Shown here in pieces: positions 9,433-19,072 of a DNA stretch of 42,468 nucleotides; within the stretch, counting starts at the first letter, position 1, and every line of letters starts with the position of its first letter. The position numbers were made by a program, and so were the translations under genes. The notes beneath the pieces are model-generated. The model made no database searches and was not told the origin of the DNA. It saw only the letters and a program-made list of their open reading frames with translations. The stretch is from Bacilli bacterium (GTDB lineage: Bacteria > Bacillota_I > Bacilli_A > RF39 > UBA660). Where the stretch lies: positions 1 to 42,468 of the forward strand of contig JAFQIC010000049.1 in NCBI GenBank assembly GCA_017397745.1, given 5' to 3'.

Positions 9433-10131
9433 TTAACTTCTCTTTATTAAATTAAAATTTCTAGGGTATTTTTTATTAGTTTTATTATTTTTTTTAATTT
9501 TAATAATAGTTCTTTTTGAGTCTTCTATCGGAAGATTATAAATAATTTTATCTTCTATTTTTGCATCTAATTCTTTTAAAATATATTCCGATTCTCTTAT
9601 TTCTTCGTCAGCAAGACCTTTAAGAGGTATAAAATAGCCATTTACTTTAAGCATAGGAATAGATATTTCACAAATTATTTTTAATTTAGAAACAGCTCTA
9701 CAAGTTATGATATCAAAAATTTCTCTATTATATTTAGAATAAATTTCAGCTCGTTCATTTACTATCTTTATATTTTTTAGATTTAATTGTTTTATTACTT
9801 CTTCTAAAAAAACGCATCTTTTTTTTATCGGTTCTATAAGAGTTATATTTAAATTAGAAAATACTATTTTTAAAACTATTCCAGGAAAGCCAGCACCTGT
9901 TCCAACATCACAAAGAGATATTTTTTCATTTAAATTTATTGCTCTTACTAGACATAATGAATCATAAAAATGTTTTAAGTATACTTCTTTTTCTTCTGTA
10001 ATAGAAGTTAAATTTATTTTTTCATTCCAAGAATAAAGAAGATTTCTATAAATATCTAATTTTTTTATCATTTCTTCTGTTATAATAATTCCAATTTTTT
10101 TACATTCATTAATGAAAATTTCTTTATTCAT
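9433..10131 (-). CDS. rsmG: 16S rRNA (guanine527-N7)-methyltransferase
   Basis: GidB family. SAM motif DVGTGAGFPGIVLKI. Conserved position after mnmG. Confidence 0.93.
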   Translation of the reverse strand: MNKEIFINECKKIGIIITEEMIKKLDIYRNLLYSWNEKINLTSITEEKEVYLKHFYDSLCLVRAINLNEKISLCDVGTGAGFPGIVLKIVFSNLNITLIEPIKKRCVFLEEVIKQLNLKNIKIVNERAEIYSKYNREIFDIITCRAVSKLKIICEISIPMLKVNGYFIPLKGLADEEIRESEYILKELDAKIEDKIIYNLPIEDSKRTIIKIKKNNKTNKKYPRNFNLIKRS

Positions 10132-11977
10132 AAGGGTACTCCTTTTTTAAATAAACTAAAAGCATTGTTATATCAGATGGATTTACTCCGCTTATTCTAG
10201 ATGCTTGTCCTATTGTTTCTGGTCTTACTACTTCAAATTTTTGTCTTGCTTCAGTTGCTATATTTGTTACTTTATTGTAATCAATATCTTTTGGTATTTT
10301 TTTGTTTTCTAATTTTAATAATTTTTCTACTTCTTTTTCTGTTTTTTCTATATATCCTTTATATTTTATGGAAATTTCTACAAATGAACTTATTTCTTCA
10401 TCATATTTTTTATTTAAAAGATTTAGAATATCTTTTATTTCTACTTCTGGTCTTTTTAATAAATCAATTGCTTTCGTTTTACTAGTTATATTTATTTTAT
10501 TATTATAATATTCATTTAATTCTTTTTTTGTAAATGAAGATGTTTCTATTAAATTAATTAACTCTTTTATTTTTTTAATTTTTTTCTTGTATATTTTATA
10601 TTTTTCTTCATTTATTAAGCCAACTTTTTTACCAATTTCAGTAAGTCTATAAATTGCATTATCATGTCTTAAAAGTAATCTAAATTCCGCTCTTGATGTA
10701 AGAAGTCTATATGGTTCTGTTATACCCTTATTTATTAAATCGTCTATTAAAACTCCAATATAAGCTTCATTCCTTTTTAAAATTAAAGGTTCTTTGCCTG
10801 ACAAAGATAAAGATGCATTTATTCCAGCTATTAATCCTTGAGCTGCAGCTTCTTCATAACCACTTGTACCATTAATTTGACCTGCAAGATAAAGCCCTTT
10901 TATTTTTTTAGTTTCAAGTGAAAAATTAAGTTCTGTAGGATTTACTGCATCATATTCTATTGCATATCCATAATGAAGTATTTTTACATTTTCAAGACCA
11001 TCCATTGTTTTTAATAATTTTTCTTGAATTTCATGTGGCATAGTTGTTGAAAAACCTCCTACATAATAATCTATTCCATCTTGCCTTTGTGGTTCAATAA
11101 ATATTTGATGTCTTTCTTTATCTTTAAATTTTACTATTTTGTCTTCTATTGAAGGACAATATCTAGGGCCGACTCCTTTTATTAATCCGCTATATAAAGC
11201 ACATTTATCAAGATTATCTAAAATTATTTTATGTGTTTTTTCATTTGTATATGTTAAGTAACAAGGCATTTGTTTTTCTAAATCATACTTTGCATCATAA
11301 AAATTACTAAATGTTAAAAAATAATTATCTCCTGTTTCTTCTTTCATTTTAGTAAAATCTATTGAATTTTTATCAACTCTAGGTGGTGTTCCTGTTTTTA
11401 ATCTTATTAGTTCTAATCCATTTTCTTTTAAACTTTTACTAAGTTTTAATGAGGTTTTCTCCCCGTGCGGTCCTTCTTTTTTTGATGAATGAGCTACTAA
11501 AATACTTGAATTCAAATAAGTTCCAGTTGTTAAAATAACCTTTTTTGATTTTATAATATTATTTTTTTCTGTTTTTACTCCTTTAATAGTAGCTTCTTCA
11601 ACTATTAAATCACTTACTTGATCTTCTAAAATAGTTAAGTTTTTTGTTTCTTGAAGTGTTTTTATCATTTCTAGTGGATACTTTGTTTTATCTGCTTGCG
11701 CTCTTAAAGATCTTACACCAGGTCCTTTTTTTACATTTAGCATCTTTATTTGTAATAAAGATTTATCAGTATTTATACCCATTTCGCCACCTAATGCATC
11801 TATTTCTCTTACTACTATTCCTTTAGCACTACCTCCTATAGATGGGTTACATGGCATGTCTGCTATATTATGAATATTACTTGTTATAAGCAGTGTTTTA
11901 TATCCAATTCTAGCACTAGCTAAAGATGCTTCACATCCTGCATGTCCTCCACCTACGACTACTATATCATATTTCAT
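10124..11977 (-). CDS. mnmG: tRNA uridine 5-carboxymethylaminomethyl modification enzyme MnmG (GidA)
   Basis: 617 aa. N-terminal FAD fold YDIVVVGGGHAGCEA and the GidA-family GTTCNPSIGG-like motif (MPCNPSIGGSAKG). Confidence 0.97.
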   Translation of the reverse strand: MKYDIVVVGGGHAGCEASLASARIGYKTLLITSNIHNIADMPCNPSIGGSAKGIVVREIDALGGEMGINTDKSLLQIKMLNVKKGPGVRSLRAQADKTKYPLEMIKTLQETKNLTILEDQVSDLIVEEATIKGVKTEKNNIIKSKKVILTTGTYLNSSILVAHSSKKEGPHGEKTSLKLSKSLKENGLELIRLKTGTPPRVDKNSIDFTKMKEETGDNYFLTFSNFYDAKYDLEKQMPCYLTYTNEKTHKIILDNLDKCALYSGLIKGVGPRYCPSIEDKIVKFKDKERHQIFIEPQRQDGIDYYVGGFSTTMPHEIQEKLLKTMDGLENVKILHYGYAIEYDAVNPTELNFSLETKKIKGLYLAGQINGTSGYEEAAAQGLIAGINASLSLSGKEPLILKRNEAYIGVLIDDLINKGITEPYRLLTSRAEFRLLLRHDNAIYRLTEIGKKVGLINEEKYKIYKKKIKKIKELINLIETSSFTKKELNEYYNNKINITSKTKAIDLLKRPEVEIKDILNLLNKKYDEEISSFVEISIKYKGYIEKTEKEVEKLLKLENKKIPKDIDYNKVTNIATEARQKFEVVRPETIGQASRISGVNPSDITMLLVYLKKEYPYE

Positions 11978-11985
11978 TTATATCA

Positions 11986-13338
11986 CTACTTTCCTAGGCA
12001 AAACTTACTAAATATTTCATCAAGAAGCTCATCATTATAACTTTCACCAAGTATTTCTCCTAAAATATCCCATAGCCTTCTTATATTTATTTCTATTAAA
12101 TCAATTTCTACATTTAAATTTAATTCTTCTTCTATTTCTTTTATAATTATTAGTGCTTTTTCTATTAGTCCAATTTGTCTTGCATTACATAAATATGTAT
12201 AATCTCTATTTTTAATTTTTTCTATATTAAATAATTCTTTAATTTTATTTTTTAAAGTTTCTAAATTATTTTCATTTTTTAAAGATATTTCTACTATAGT
12301 AAAATCTTTTAATTTATTTTTATCTATGTTTGATTTTAAATCTAATTTATTAATTATTATTATTGTTTTTTCTTTATCTAATGTTTTGATAAGACTTTCT
12401 TCTTCTTTTGTAATTTTTCTATTGTTATCTAAAACAAATAGTATAATGTCAGAATTTTTTAATATTTGGTAACTTTTTTTAACACCAATTTCTTCAACTT
12501 TATCTTTTGTTTTTCTAATTCCTGCGGTATCAATTAGTTTTACTTCTATTCCAGAAATAATAATACTTCCCTCTACAGTATCTCTAGTTGTTCCCTCTAT
12601 ATCTGTTACAATGGCTTTTTCTTCTTCTAAAAGTGCATTTAAAAGACTACTTTTTCCAACATTTGGACTTCCTATAATTCCTGCGCTTATACCATTTATA
12701 ATAATTTTATTATTTTTACTATTTTCTAATATATTTTCAAATTGTTTTTTTATATTTTCTATTTTATCTTTTAATAGATTATTTGTTATAACTAATGCAT
12801 CTTCATATTCAGGATAATCTATATTTACTTCGATATTAGCAATTAATGACAATATTTCTTCTCTCAGTGTTCTAATTTTGTTTGATATTTTTCCTTCAAT
12901 ACCTTTCATTGATATTTTTCTTGCTTCCTCTGTTTTTGAATTTATTAAATCACTCACTGCTTCTGCCTCTATTAAATCTATTCTTCCATTTAAAAAAGCT
13001 CTTTTAATAAACTCTCCTGGTTCTGCTTGTCTACAACCATTTTTTATTAAAAGTTGCATTATTTTATTTACTGTGCTTGTTCCTCCATGAGTATTAATTT
13101 CAACAACATCTTCTGTTGTAAAAGATTTTGGGGATTTAAATATACTTACTAATACTTCATCTATTTTTTCATCATTTTCTATTATAAAAGTATAGTTAAT
13201 TGTATTTGCTTTTAATTTTGTCAAATCTTTTGAACATATTTTATTAACTATTTCTATTGAATTTTGCCCACTTATTCTTATTACATTTAGTGCACTAAAA
13301 CCAACTGTAGTAGCTATCGCAACAATTGTATCTTCCAT
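11986..13338 (-). CDS. mnmE: tRNA modification GTPase MnmE (TrmE)
   Basis: N-terminus DTIVAIAT. G-domain GSPNVGKSSLLNAL and DTAG. C-terminal FCLGK motif. Confidence 0.97.
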   Translation of the reverse strand: MEDTIVAIATTVGFSALNVIRISGQNSIEIVNKICSKDLTKLKANTINYTFIIENDEKIDEVLVSIFKSPKSFTTEDVVEINTHGGTSTVNKIMQLLIKNGCRQAEPGEFIKRAFLNGRIDLIEAEAVSDLINSKTEEARKISMKGIEGKISNKIRTLREEILSLIANIEVNIDYPEYEDALVITNNLLKDKIENIKKQFENILENSKNNKIIINGISAGIIGSPNVGKSSLLNALLEEEKAIVTDIEGTTRDTVEGSIIISGIEVKLIDTAGIRKTKDKVEEIGVKKSYQILKNSDIILFVLDNNRKITKEEESLIKTLDKEKTIIIINKLDLKSNIDKNKLKDFTIVEISLKNENNLETLKNKIKELFNIEKIKNRDYTYLCNARQIGLIEKALIIIKEIEEELNLNVEIDLIEINIRRLWDILGEILGESYNDELLDEIFSKFCLGK

Positions 13339-13423
13339 ATTTTAGTCCCCTTTCTTTTGCCACTTGATTATAGCATATATCATAAATTTAGTAAAGTAAT
13401 TGAAAAGTTAACGTAAAAAAAAT

Positions 13424-13439
13424 TATTTCCCGGGAAATA
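13424..13439. promoter_or_regulatory. Noc-binding site (NBS), perfect 16-bp palindrome TATTTCCCGGGAAATA
   Basis: Exact match to the B. subtilis NBS consensus as I recall it. Embedded in a 26-bp perfect palindrome at 13419-13444 that overlaps the jag stop codon, in the jag-mnmE gap. Confidence 0.7.
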
Positions 13440-13442
13440 ATT

Positions 13443-14063
13443 TTATTTATTTTTTGCATCTTTATATTTAATAACTACATATCTATTTGGCTCTTCGCCT
13501 TCACTTTTTGTTTCAACATATTTAAACCCAGATAATGCATCATGTATTAATTTTCTTTCATAAGAATTCATAGGATCTAATTTTATGTCTGCTTTTGTTA
13601 ATGTTACTTCTCTAGCTAATTTTTTAACTTTTTTCTCTAAAAAATAATTTTGTTTTTGTTTATAATTTTCAACATCTATTGTTATATTAACAAAAATATC
13701 TAATCTTGCATATATAGCTTGTCTTACAAATAATTGAATAGCTTCCAATATATGACCATTTTTACCTATAATAATTGAATTATTTTCAGAATGTATTGAA
13801 TAAGTAATTGTTTTTTCTCTTATTTTAGATTCAATATTTCCTTCTACATTTAATCCTTTCAATAAATTTTTTATAAGTTCTTTTCCAAGTTCTTGAACAT
13901 CACTTACTTTAACAACTTCTAATATATATTTTTTTCCTTTTAATAAACCAGCTTTTTCTTCTTTTAAACTATAATATATTTCATTTTCTGATAAATTTAG
14001 TGTTTCTAAAGCACTTTTTAAAAGTATATCTTCTTTTTTTCCTTCAAATCTTAACTTTTCCAT
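13443..14063 (-). CDS. jag: Jag/KhpB RNA-binding protein (Jag_N, KH, R3H)
   Basis: 206 aa. KH-like IIIGKNGHILEAIQ and R3H motif SYERKLIHDAL. Conserved position after yidC. Confidence 0.9.
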   Translation of the reverse strand: MEKLRFEGKKEDILLKSALETLNLSENEIYYSLKEEKAGLLKGKKYILEVVKVSDVQELGKELIKNLLKGLNVEGNIESKIREKTITYSIHSENNSIIIGKNGHILEAIQLFVRQAIYARLDIFVNITIDVENYKQKQNYFLEKKVKKLAREVTLTKADIKLDPMNSYERKLIHDALSGFKYVETKSEGEEPNRYVVIKYKDAKNK

Positions 14064-14080
14064 AATACCACATTCCTTAC

Positions 14081-15034
14081 TTATTTTTTGCTTTTTGATT
14101 TTTTAACTACTTTTACTGTTTTTACTTTATTTGATGTATCTAATTTATTCATTGTAAAATTTTGAAGTATAGTAAATCCATTTGAAACTATCCAATAAAG
14201 TGCAATCGCAGCTGGTAGACTGAACGAAACAAATCCTATAAATACTACCATAAATGTATTCATTGTCTTCATTTGTTTTGCTTGTGCATCATCCGATGAA
14301 TTCATAGTTGTATTTTTAAATGAAAAATATGTTGCAAGTATTATTAATACAACTAATAATAAATACCAATAGTTTCCAGTTTTTAATGCTTCACTAGGTG
14401 TAGTTCCTAACTTAAATACCCATAATTTTTCTTCAAATATAACTGGTATTCTTTGAATTGCTTCTAAAAATGCGAAGAAAATTGGTATTTGTAAAAATGC
14501 AAATAAACATCCTGAAAATGGACTAATATTATATTTTTTATATATCATCATCATTTCTTGAGCTTTCATATTCATAGAAATCTGATCTGTTTTTCCTGCA
14601 TATTTTTTCTCGAGTCTATCTAGTTCGGGTTTTGCTTTATTCATATTTTGACTCATATTTGTTGATTTTCTAGTTAAAGGTATCATAATAACTCTCATTA
14701 AAACACCAAGTATCATTATTGAAATTCCATAACTTTTAACAAAATCACCAAGTTTTATTATTAAATATGCAAGAGGTTTTACAAATATAGAAGTCCAAAG
14801 TCCCTCATAACCACCTGATGTAACTTTAAATTTTTCGCATTCTGGTAGTTTTTCTAAATCCACTTTTAACTGTTTTTCATTTTCTTCATAAATATCAAGT
14901 AATTTTTCAGATTCAGGCTTACAAAGAATATTTGATGTGTATGCTTTTTTGCTTTCCTTGTCTACAAAGTTTTTTGTACATCCTGTTGTTAACATTAACA
15001 TAAACACCATTAAAATTATTAATTTTTTCTTCAT
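14081..15034 (-). CDS. yidC: Membrane protein insertase YidC/SpoIIIJ (lipoprotein type)
   Basis: Lipobox LTTGC after the signal peptide, multi-TM 60-kDa-IMP core, basic C-terminal tail. Overlaps rnpA by 4 nt. Confidence 0.93.
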   Translation of the reverse strand: MKKKLIILMVFMLMLTTGCTKNFVDKESKKAYTSNILCKPESEKLLDIYEENEKQLKVDLEKLPECEKFKVTSGGYEGLWTSIFVKPLAYLIIKLGDFVKSYGISIMILGVLMRVIMIPLTRKSTNMSQNMNKAKPELDRLEKKYAGKTDQISMNMKAQEMMMIYKKYNISPFSGCLFAFLQIPIFFAFLEAIQRIPVIFEEKLWVFKLGTTPSEALKTGNYWYLLLVVLIILATYFSFKNTTMNSSDDAQAKQMKTMNTFMVVFIGFVSFSLPAAIALYWIVSNGFTILQNFTMNKLDTSNKVKTVKVVKKSKSKK

Positions 15035-15354
15035 TTATTTTCTCCTTTTATTAAGTTTATTAACTCTCTTTCTTTTTCTTGATAATTAATATTTAATATT
15101 TCTTTTCTTAATATTATAACATAATTTTTAGAGTCTTTAATATTATTTTTTCTAATTATTTCTTTAACAGTTCTTTTTTGTTTATTTCTAATTACTGCGT
15201 TTCCTATTTTTTTACTTACACTAATACAATATCTATTATAATCAATATTATTTTCTATAAAATAAATAATAAAATATTTACTTATTAACTTTTTCCCTTT
15301 TTTTATAATAGACTGTATTTCAGTATTTTTAGTTATTATAAATTTTTTATTCAT
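15031..15354 (-). CDS. rnpA: Ribonuclease P protein component
   Basis: 107-aa basic protein (VSKKIGNAVIRNKQKR) immediately downstream of rpmH. Confidence 0.9.
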   Translation of the reverse strand: MNKKFIITKNTEIQSIIKKGKKLISKYFIIYFIENNIDYNRYCISVSKKIGNAVIRNKQKRTVKEIIRKNNIKDSKNYVIILRKEILNINYQEKERELINLIKGENK

Positions 15355-15380
15355 AGAAATTCCTCTTCAGCATTATTATA

Positions 15381-15406
15381 TAAAAAAAACTAGTAAAACA
15401 CTAGTA
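15381..15406 (-). terminator. Weak hairpin/attenuator between rpmH and rnpA
   Basis: Two ACTAGT copies (15389-15394 and 15400-15405) can pair. On the minus strand they are followed by a T8 run. The stem is only 6 bp. Confidence 0.3.
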
Positions 15407-15411
15407 TTTTT

Positions 15412-15534
15412 TTATCTTGCTAATACTTTTCTACCTTTTTTTCTTCTAGAAGAAATTATTTTACTTTTAGCTCTTGCTAAAAATCCCATTTTTTTACTTT
15501 TCTTTCTATTATTAGGTTGAAATGTTCTTTTCAT
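15412..15534 (-). CDS. rpmH: 50S ribosomal protein L34
   Basis: Hand translation gives [40 protein letters not shown], 40 aa. Canonical MKRTFQP start. Below the ORF-track length cut-off. Confidence 0.95.
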   Translation of the reverse strand: MKRTFQPNNRKKSKKMGFLARAKSKIISSRRKKGRKVLAR

Positions 15535-15613
15535 ATTTTTTTCCTCCAAATTCAAACTTTTTTCTTGACTTGTATGATTATAAACTATACAATAAATTTT
15601 GTCAATTTAAATT

Positions 15614-15807
15614 TTATCCACAATATTGTTAATAAGTATTTTTTAATGTTAAAAGTTATTTTGTGGATAATGTTAATAACTTAAGTTTATGCAGTTAAAT
15701 AAGGGAAAAAGAATGTGGAAAAGTTGTGAATTTAGTGTGAGAAAGTAATGTTAATAAAATTTATACTTTAATTTTCCACATTTTTATTTTACAATGAATG
15801 TGGAAAA
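15614..15807. other. oriC left part: DnaA-box cluster upstream of dnaA
   Basis: TTATCCACA at 15614-15622. TGTGGATAA at 15662-15670, abutting TGTTAATAA at 15671-15679. One-mismatch boxes TGTGGAAAA at 15714-15722 and 15799-15807, and TTTTCCACA at 15772-15780. Further TGTTAATAA copies at 15627-15635 and 15749-15757. Confidence 0.85.
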
Positions 15808-15828
15808 CGTAAATCAGAGGTGAGGGTT

Positions 15829-17202
15829 ATGGATGTTATTAAAATTTGGAATGACTTTTTAGATATTTTATCAACAAGAATATCATCTATTTCTTTTAGT
15901 ACTTGGTTTAAAGAAAGTACTTTGCACTCACTTAAAGATGGTATTGCTAAAATTACAGTACCTTATGAACCTTCAAAAATACATATTACTGAAAATTATT
16001 ACGATTTAGTAGAAGAAATACTATTATATATAACTGGAAAACAGTATGAAATAGAAGTTTATTTACCTTCTGAAGTAACTTCTGAGGATAATTCTGTTGA
16101 AGAAATTACTAATAAAATTTCTGAAAATACAATAGAAGATTACAAATATTATAGTAATTTTAATCAAAAATATCGTTTTGATAACTTTGTAGTTGGAGAC
16201 TCTAATCGTTTTGCATATTCAAGTGCACTCGCGGTAGCTGAAAGACCAGGTAAACTTTATAATCCTTTATTTATCTATGGAAAAAGTGGGCTTGGTAAAA
16301 CGCATTTAATGCATGCGATTGGTAACTTCTTATTAGAAAACTCTGATAAAAAGGTTTTATATATTACAAGTGAACAATTTATAAATGATTTTATAAATAT
16401 AAATAAAAAAGAAGATAAATCTAAAGATAATGTAAGTTATATTGATGTATTTAAAAGAAAATATAGAGATGTTGATGTACTTATGATTGATGATATTCAA
16501 TTTTTAGGACCAGCAACTAAATCTCAACAAGAATTTACTAATACTTTTAATACACTTTATGATAATGAAAAACAAATTATTATATGTAGTGATAGAAGTG
16601 TGGATGACTTAAAATTATTAGAAGATAGACTTAAAACTAGATTCAATTGGGGACTAAAAGTTGATATTAATCCACCTAACTTTGATTTAAAAGTTCAAAT
16701 TATAAAAAATAAAATTGAAGTTGGAGATCTTGCGATTGATTTAAGTGATGACATAATTAATTTTATTGCTAGTAACTGTGGAAATGATGTTAGAAATTTA
16801 GAAGGTGCAATTACTAGACTAGTTGCTTATTCCGCAATTATGAATATAAAAAGTTTAACAATAAATGATGCGATGGATGCATTGTCGGATTATACAAATA
16901 ATTTAATATACTCACAAAATACTATAACTAAAATTCAAAATATAGTTGCTAACTATTTCAAATTACATCCTGATGATTTAAAGAGTAAAAAAAGAAGCAA
17001 ACCTATTGCAAATGCTAGGCAAATTGCTATGTATCTATGTCGAACTATGACAGAAGAAACACAACAAAGAATAGGTTTAGAATTTGGAGGTAGAGATCAT
17101 TCCACAGTTATTCATTCTTATGAAAAAGTTAATAATGATATAATTAATAACAAAGAACTTGACAAAATAATAACAGAACTCAAACAACTAATATGTGAAT
17201 AG
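15829..17202 (+). CDS. dnaA: Chromosomal replication initiator protein DnaA
   Basis: AAA+ Walker A GKSGLGKTHL, box VII and sensor motifs, and C-terminal DnaA-box-binding domain (IANARQIAMYLCR...DHSTVIHS). ATG 15829 follows GAGGTGAGG. The track start GTG 15820 lies inside that Shine-Dalgarno. Confidence 0.97.
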   Translation: MDVIKIWNDFLDILSTRISSISFSTWFKESTLHSLKDGIAKITVPYEPSKIHITENYYDLVEEILLYITGKQYEIEVYLPSEVTSEDNSVEEITNKISENTIEDYKYYSNFNQKYRFDNFVVGDSNRFAYSSALAVAERPGKLYNPLFIYGKSGLGKTHLMHAIGNFLLENSDKKVLYITSEQFINDFININKKEDKSKDNVSYIDVFKRKYRDVDVLMIDDIQFLGPATKSQQEFTNTFNTLYDNEKQIIICSDRSVDDLKLLEDRLKTRFNWGLKVDINPPNFDLKVQIIKNKIEVGDLAIDLSDDIINFIASNCGNDVRNLEGAITRLVAYSAIMNIKSLTINDAMDALSDYTNNLIYSQNTITKIQNIVANYFKLHPDDLKSKKRSKPIANARQIAMYLCRTMTEETQQRIGLEFGGRDHSTVIHSYEKVNNDIINNKELDKIITELKQLICE

Positions 17203-17219
17203 TATTAATAATTAATAGT

Positions 17220-17300
17220 TTATCAACATTCAAAAACACTTGATTTTATCTAAAAAAATTGAGTTATTAACATTATCCACATCTAAAATAATAATAATAT
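17220..17300. other. oriC right part: DnaA boxes plus A/T trinucleotide repeat between dnaA and dnaN
   Basis: TTATCAACA at 17220-17228. Abutting pair TTATTAACA (17264-17272) and TTATCCACA (17273-17281). This is followed by TC TAA AA TAA TAA TAA TAT (17282-17300), an all-A/T stretch. Confidence 0.7.
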
Positions 17301-17330
17301 ATAAAATAAAATAAGAAAGGAAATAAAAAA

Positions 17331-18452
17331 ATGAAATTTAAAATAAATAGAAATTTATTACTTGAGAATTTAAATAATGTAAGTAAAGCATTATCAACAA
17401 GAAATATTATCCCTATACTAAATGGTATAAAATTTAATTTAACAAAAGAAGGACTTTTTTTAACAGCCACTGACAACGAAATAGTTATAGAAAGTTTTAT
17501 AGATAAAAAAGATATAAAACTAATAAAAGAAGAAGGAGCTTTAGTAATACATGGTAGGTATATACTTGATATAGTAAGAAAACTTCCTGATGAAGAAATA
17601 GATATTGAAGAAAGTGATGGTAATAAAGTAATAATTTTTACAGATAATAGTAAATATAACTTAAATTGTTTTAACTTAAATGATTTTCCAAATATTACTT
17701 TTAATGATAGTGAAAATAATATAAATATATCAACTTTAGAATTTAAAAATATTATAAATGAAGTTATTTTTGCTTGTTCAACTCAAGAAAGTAGACCTTT
17801 ATTAACTGGTGTAAATATAAAAATAATTGGAAACTTTTTAGAATGTACAGCAACTGATTCTTATAGGCTTGCTAAAAGAATTTATAATTTAAATGATATT
17901 ATAAAAGAAAATATTAATATTGTAATACCATCAAGAAATATAAGTGAATTTGTTAAATTATTAACAAAAGAAGATATAAATGTTAATATCCATTTATTTA
18001 ATAACAAAATAATTTTTAAATATGATAATATGATTTATCAATCAAGTTTATTAAATGGTACTTATCCTAATACAGATAATTCAATTCCTAATGAGTTTGA
18101 AATTGAATATGAAATTTCTTTAAATGACTTATACAATGCAGTAGACAGAGCATCATTACTTACTTCTTCAAAAGAAAAAAATATTATAGAATTTGTAAGT
18201 AATGAAGATGTAATTACTATAATGTCTATGAGTCAAGAGATAGGTAAAGTAGAAGAAAAATTAAAAGGAAATAAGTTAAAAGGAAATAATATTAAAATAT
18301 CCTTTAGTGCAAAATATATGCTTGAAGCTTTAAAGACTTTTGATAGTGAAAAATTAAAATTACTTTTAAATGGTGAAATTAAACCAATAGTTATAAAAAG
18401 TGAAGAAAACCCTGATCTTATTCAATTAATTTTACCAATAAAAACTTTTTAA
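17331..18452 (+). CDS. dnaN: DNA polymerase III beta sliding clamp
   Basis: 373 aa. MKFKINRNLLLENLNNVSKA start, three-domain clamp length, position after dnaA. Confidence 0.96.
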   Translation: MKFKINRNLLLENLNNVSKALSTRNIIPILNGIKFNLTKEGLFLTATDNEIVIESFIDKKDIKLIKEEGALVIHGRYILDIVRKLPDEEIDIEESDGNKVIIFTDNSKYNLNCFNLNDFPNITFNDSENNINISTLEFKNIINEVIFACSTQESRPLLTGVNIKIIGNFLECTATDSYRLAKRIYNLNDIIKENINIVIPSRNISEFVKLLTKEDINVNIHLFNNKIIFKYDNMIYQSSLLNGTYPNTDNSIPNEFEIEYEISLNDLYNAVDRASLLTSSKEKNIIEFVSNEDVITIMSMSQEIGKVEEKLKGNKLKGNNIKISFSAKYMLEALKTFDSEKLKLLLNGEIKPIVIKSEENPDLIQLILPIKTF

Positions 18453-18534
18453 ACTTACGACATAATTCAACAAATTTCGATAAAAGTATATGTTAATATA
18501 ACTTCCAAATTTTTTGAAAGGAGGAAGTTTTTTA

Positions 18535-19005
18535 ATGAATTATGAAATAAATGACGAAACTTTAGCGGTACTTCCTATTAGTGATAATAAATGTAGGGTA
18601 GTAGAAAACTCAAATGAATATTATATTGATACAAATTCTTTTGATGTTATTGAACACAGTTGTGAATATTTTGGTAGTACTTTTTTAGGAAGGCATGTTG
18701 GCTCTATAAAGATGCTTGGATCAAGATATAAAACTCCTATCATTATTGCTGAAACTGATTCTATTATAGTTTTTCCTACACATTCACCTAGAAATAAAGA
18801 ATGTATTTGGATTTGTTTAAATAATATTAATAAAATTTATAAAACAAACAATGATAAAACTGTTATTGAATTTGTCTCAGGAGATATTTTAGAATTAAAT
18901 ATTTCTTATAATGTAGTAAATAATCAAATATTAAAAGCAACTAGATTAAAACATATTATTGATGAAAGAAAAAACACTTTAAATAATACTAATAAAGTGT
19001 TATAA
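18535..19005 (+). CDS. ComK-family transcription factor homologue
   Basis: By-eye alignment to B. subtilis ComK as I recall it. ETLAVLP matches ATIAVLP. IEHSCEYFGSTFLGRHVGS matches VDRSCRFFGSSYAGRKAGT. YKTPIII matches HKPPIMV. IIVFPTHS matches IFLFPTLS. ELNISYNVVNNQILKATRL matches ELPISYNSFENQVYRTAWL. ATG 18535 follows AAAGGAGGA. The track TTG start at 18514 is an artefact. Confidence 0.75.
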   Translation: MNYEINDETLAVLPISDNKCRVVENSNEYYIDTNSFDVIEHSCEYFGSTFLGRHVGSIKMLGSRYKTPIIIAETDSIIVFPTHSPRNKECIWICLNNINKIYKTNNDKTVIEFVSGDILELNISYNVVNNQILKATRLKHIIDERKNTLNNTNKVL

Positions 19006-19072
19006 TTGTAATAGGTATATGTATATTACTATACCTATTATTTTCTTTATAATTTACAAAAGAGGGTTTAAA

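Noticed and set aside
13419-13444. The TTTCCCGGGAAA palindromes interpreted as ordinary intrinsic terminators or REP-like repeats.
   Set aside because: Rejected as the sole explanation. The stems would be almost entirely A-T with a CCGG loop, so they are weak. One copy lies inside a coding sequence and another is not downstream of any gene. The 16-bp core is identical in all four copies and equals the known Noc-binding consensus.
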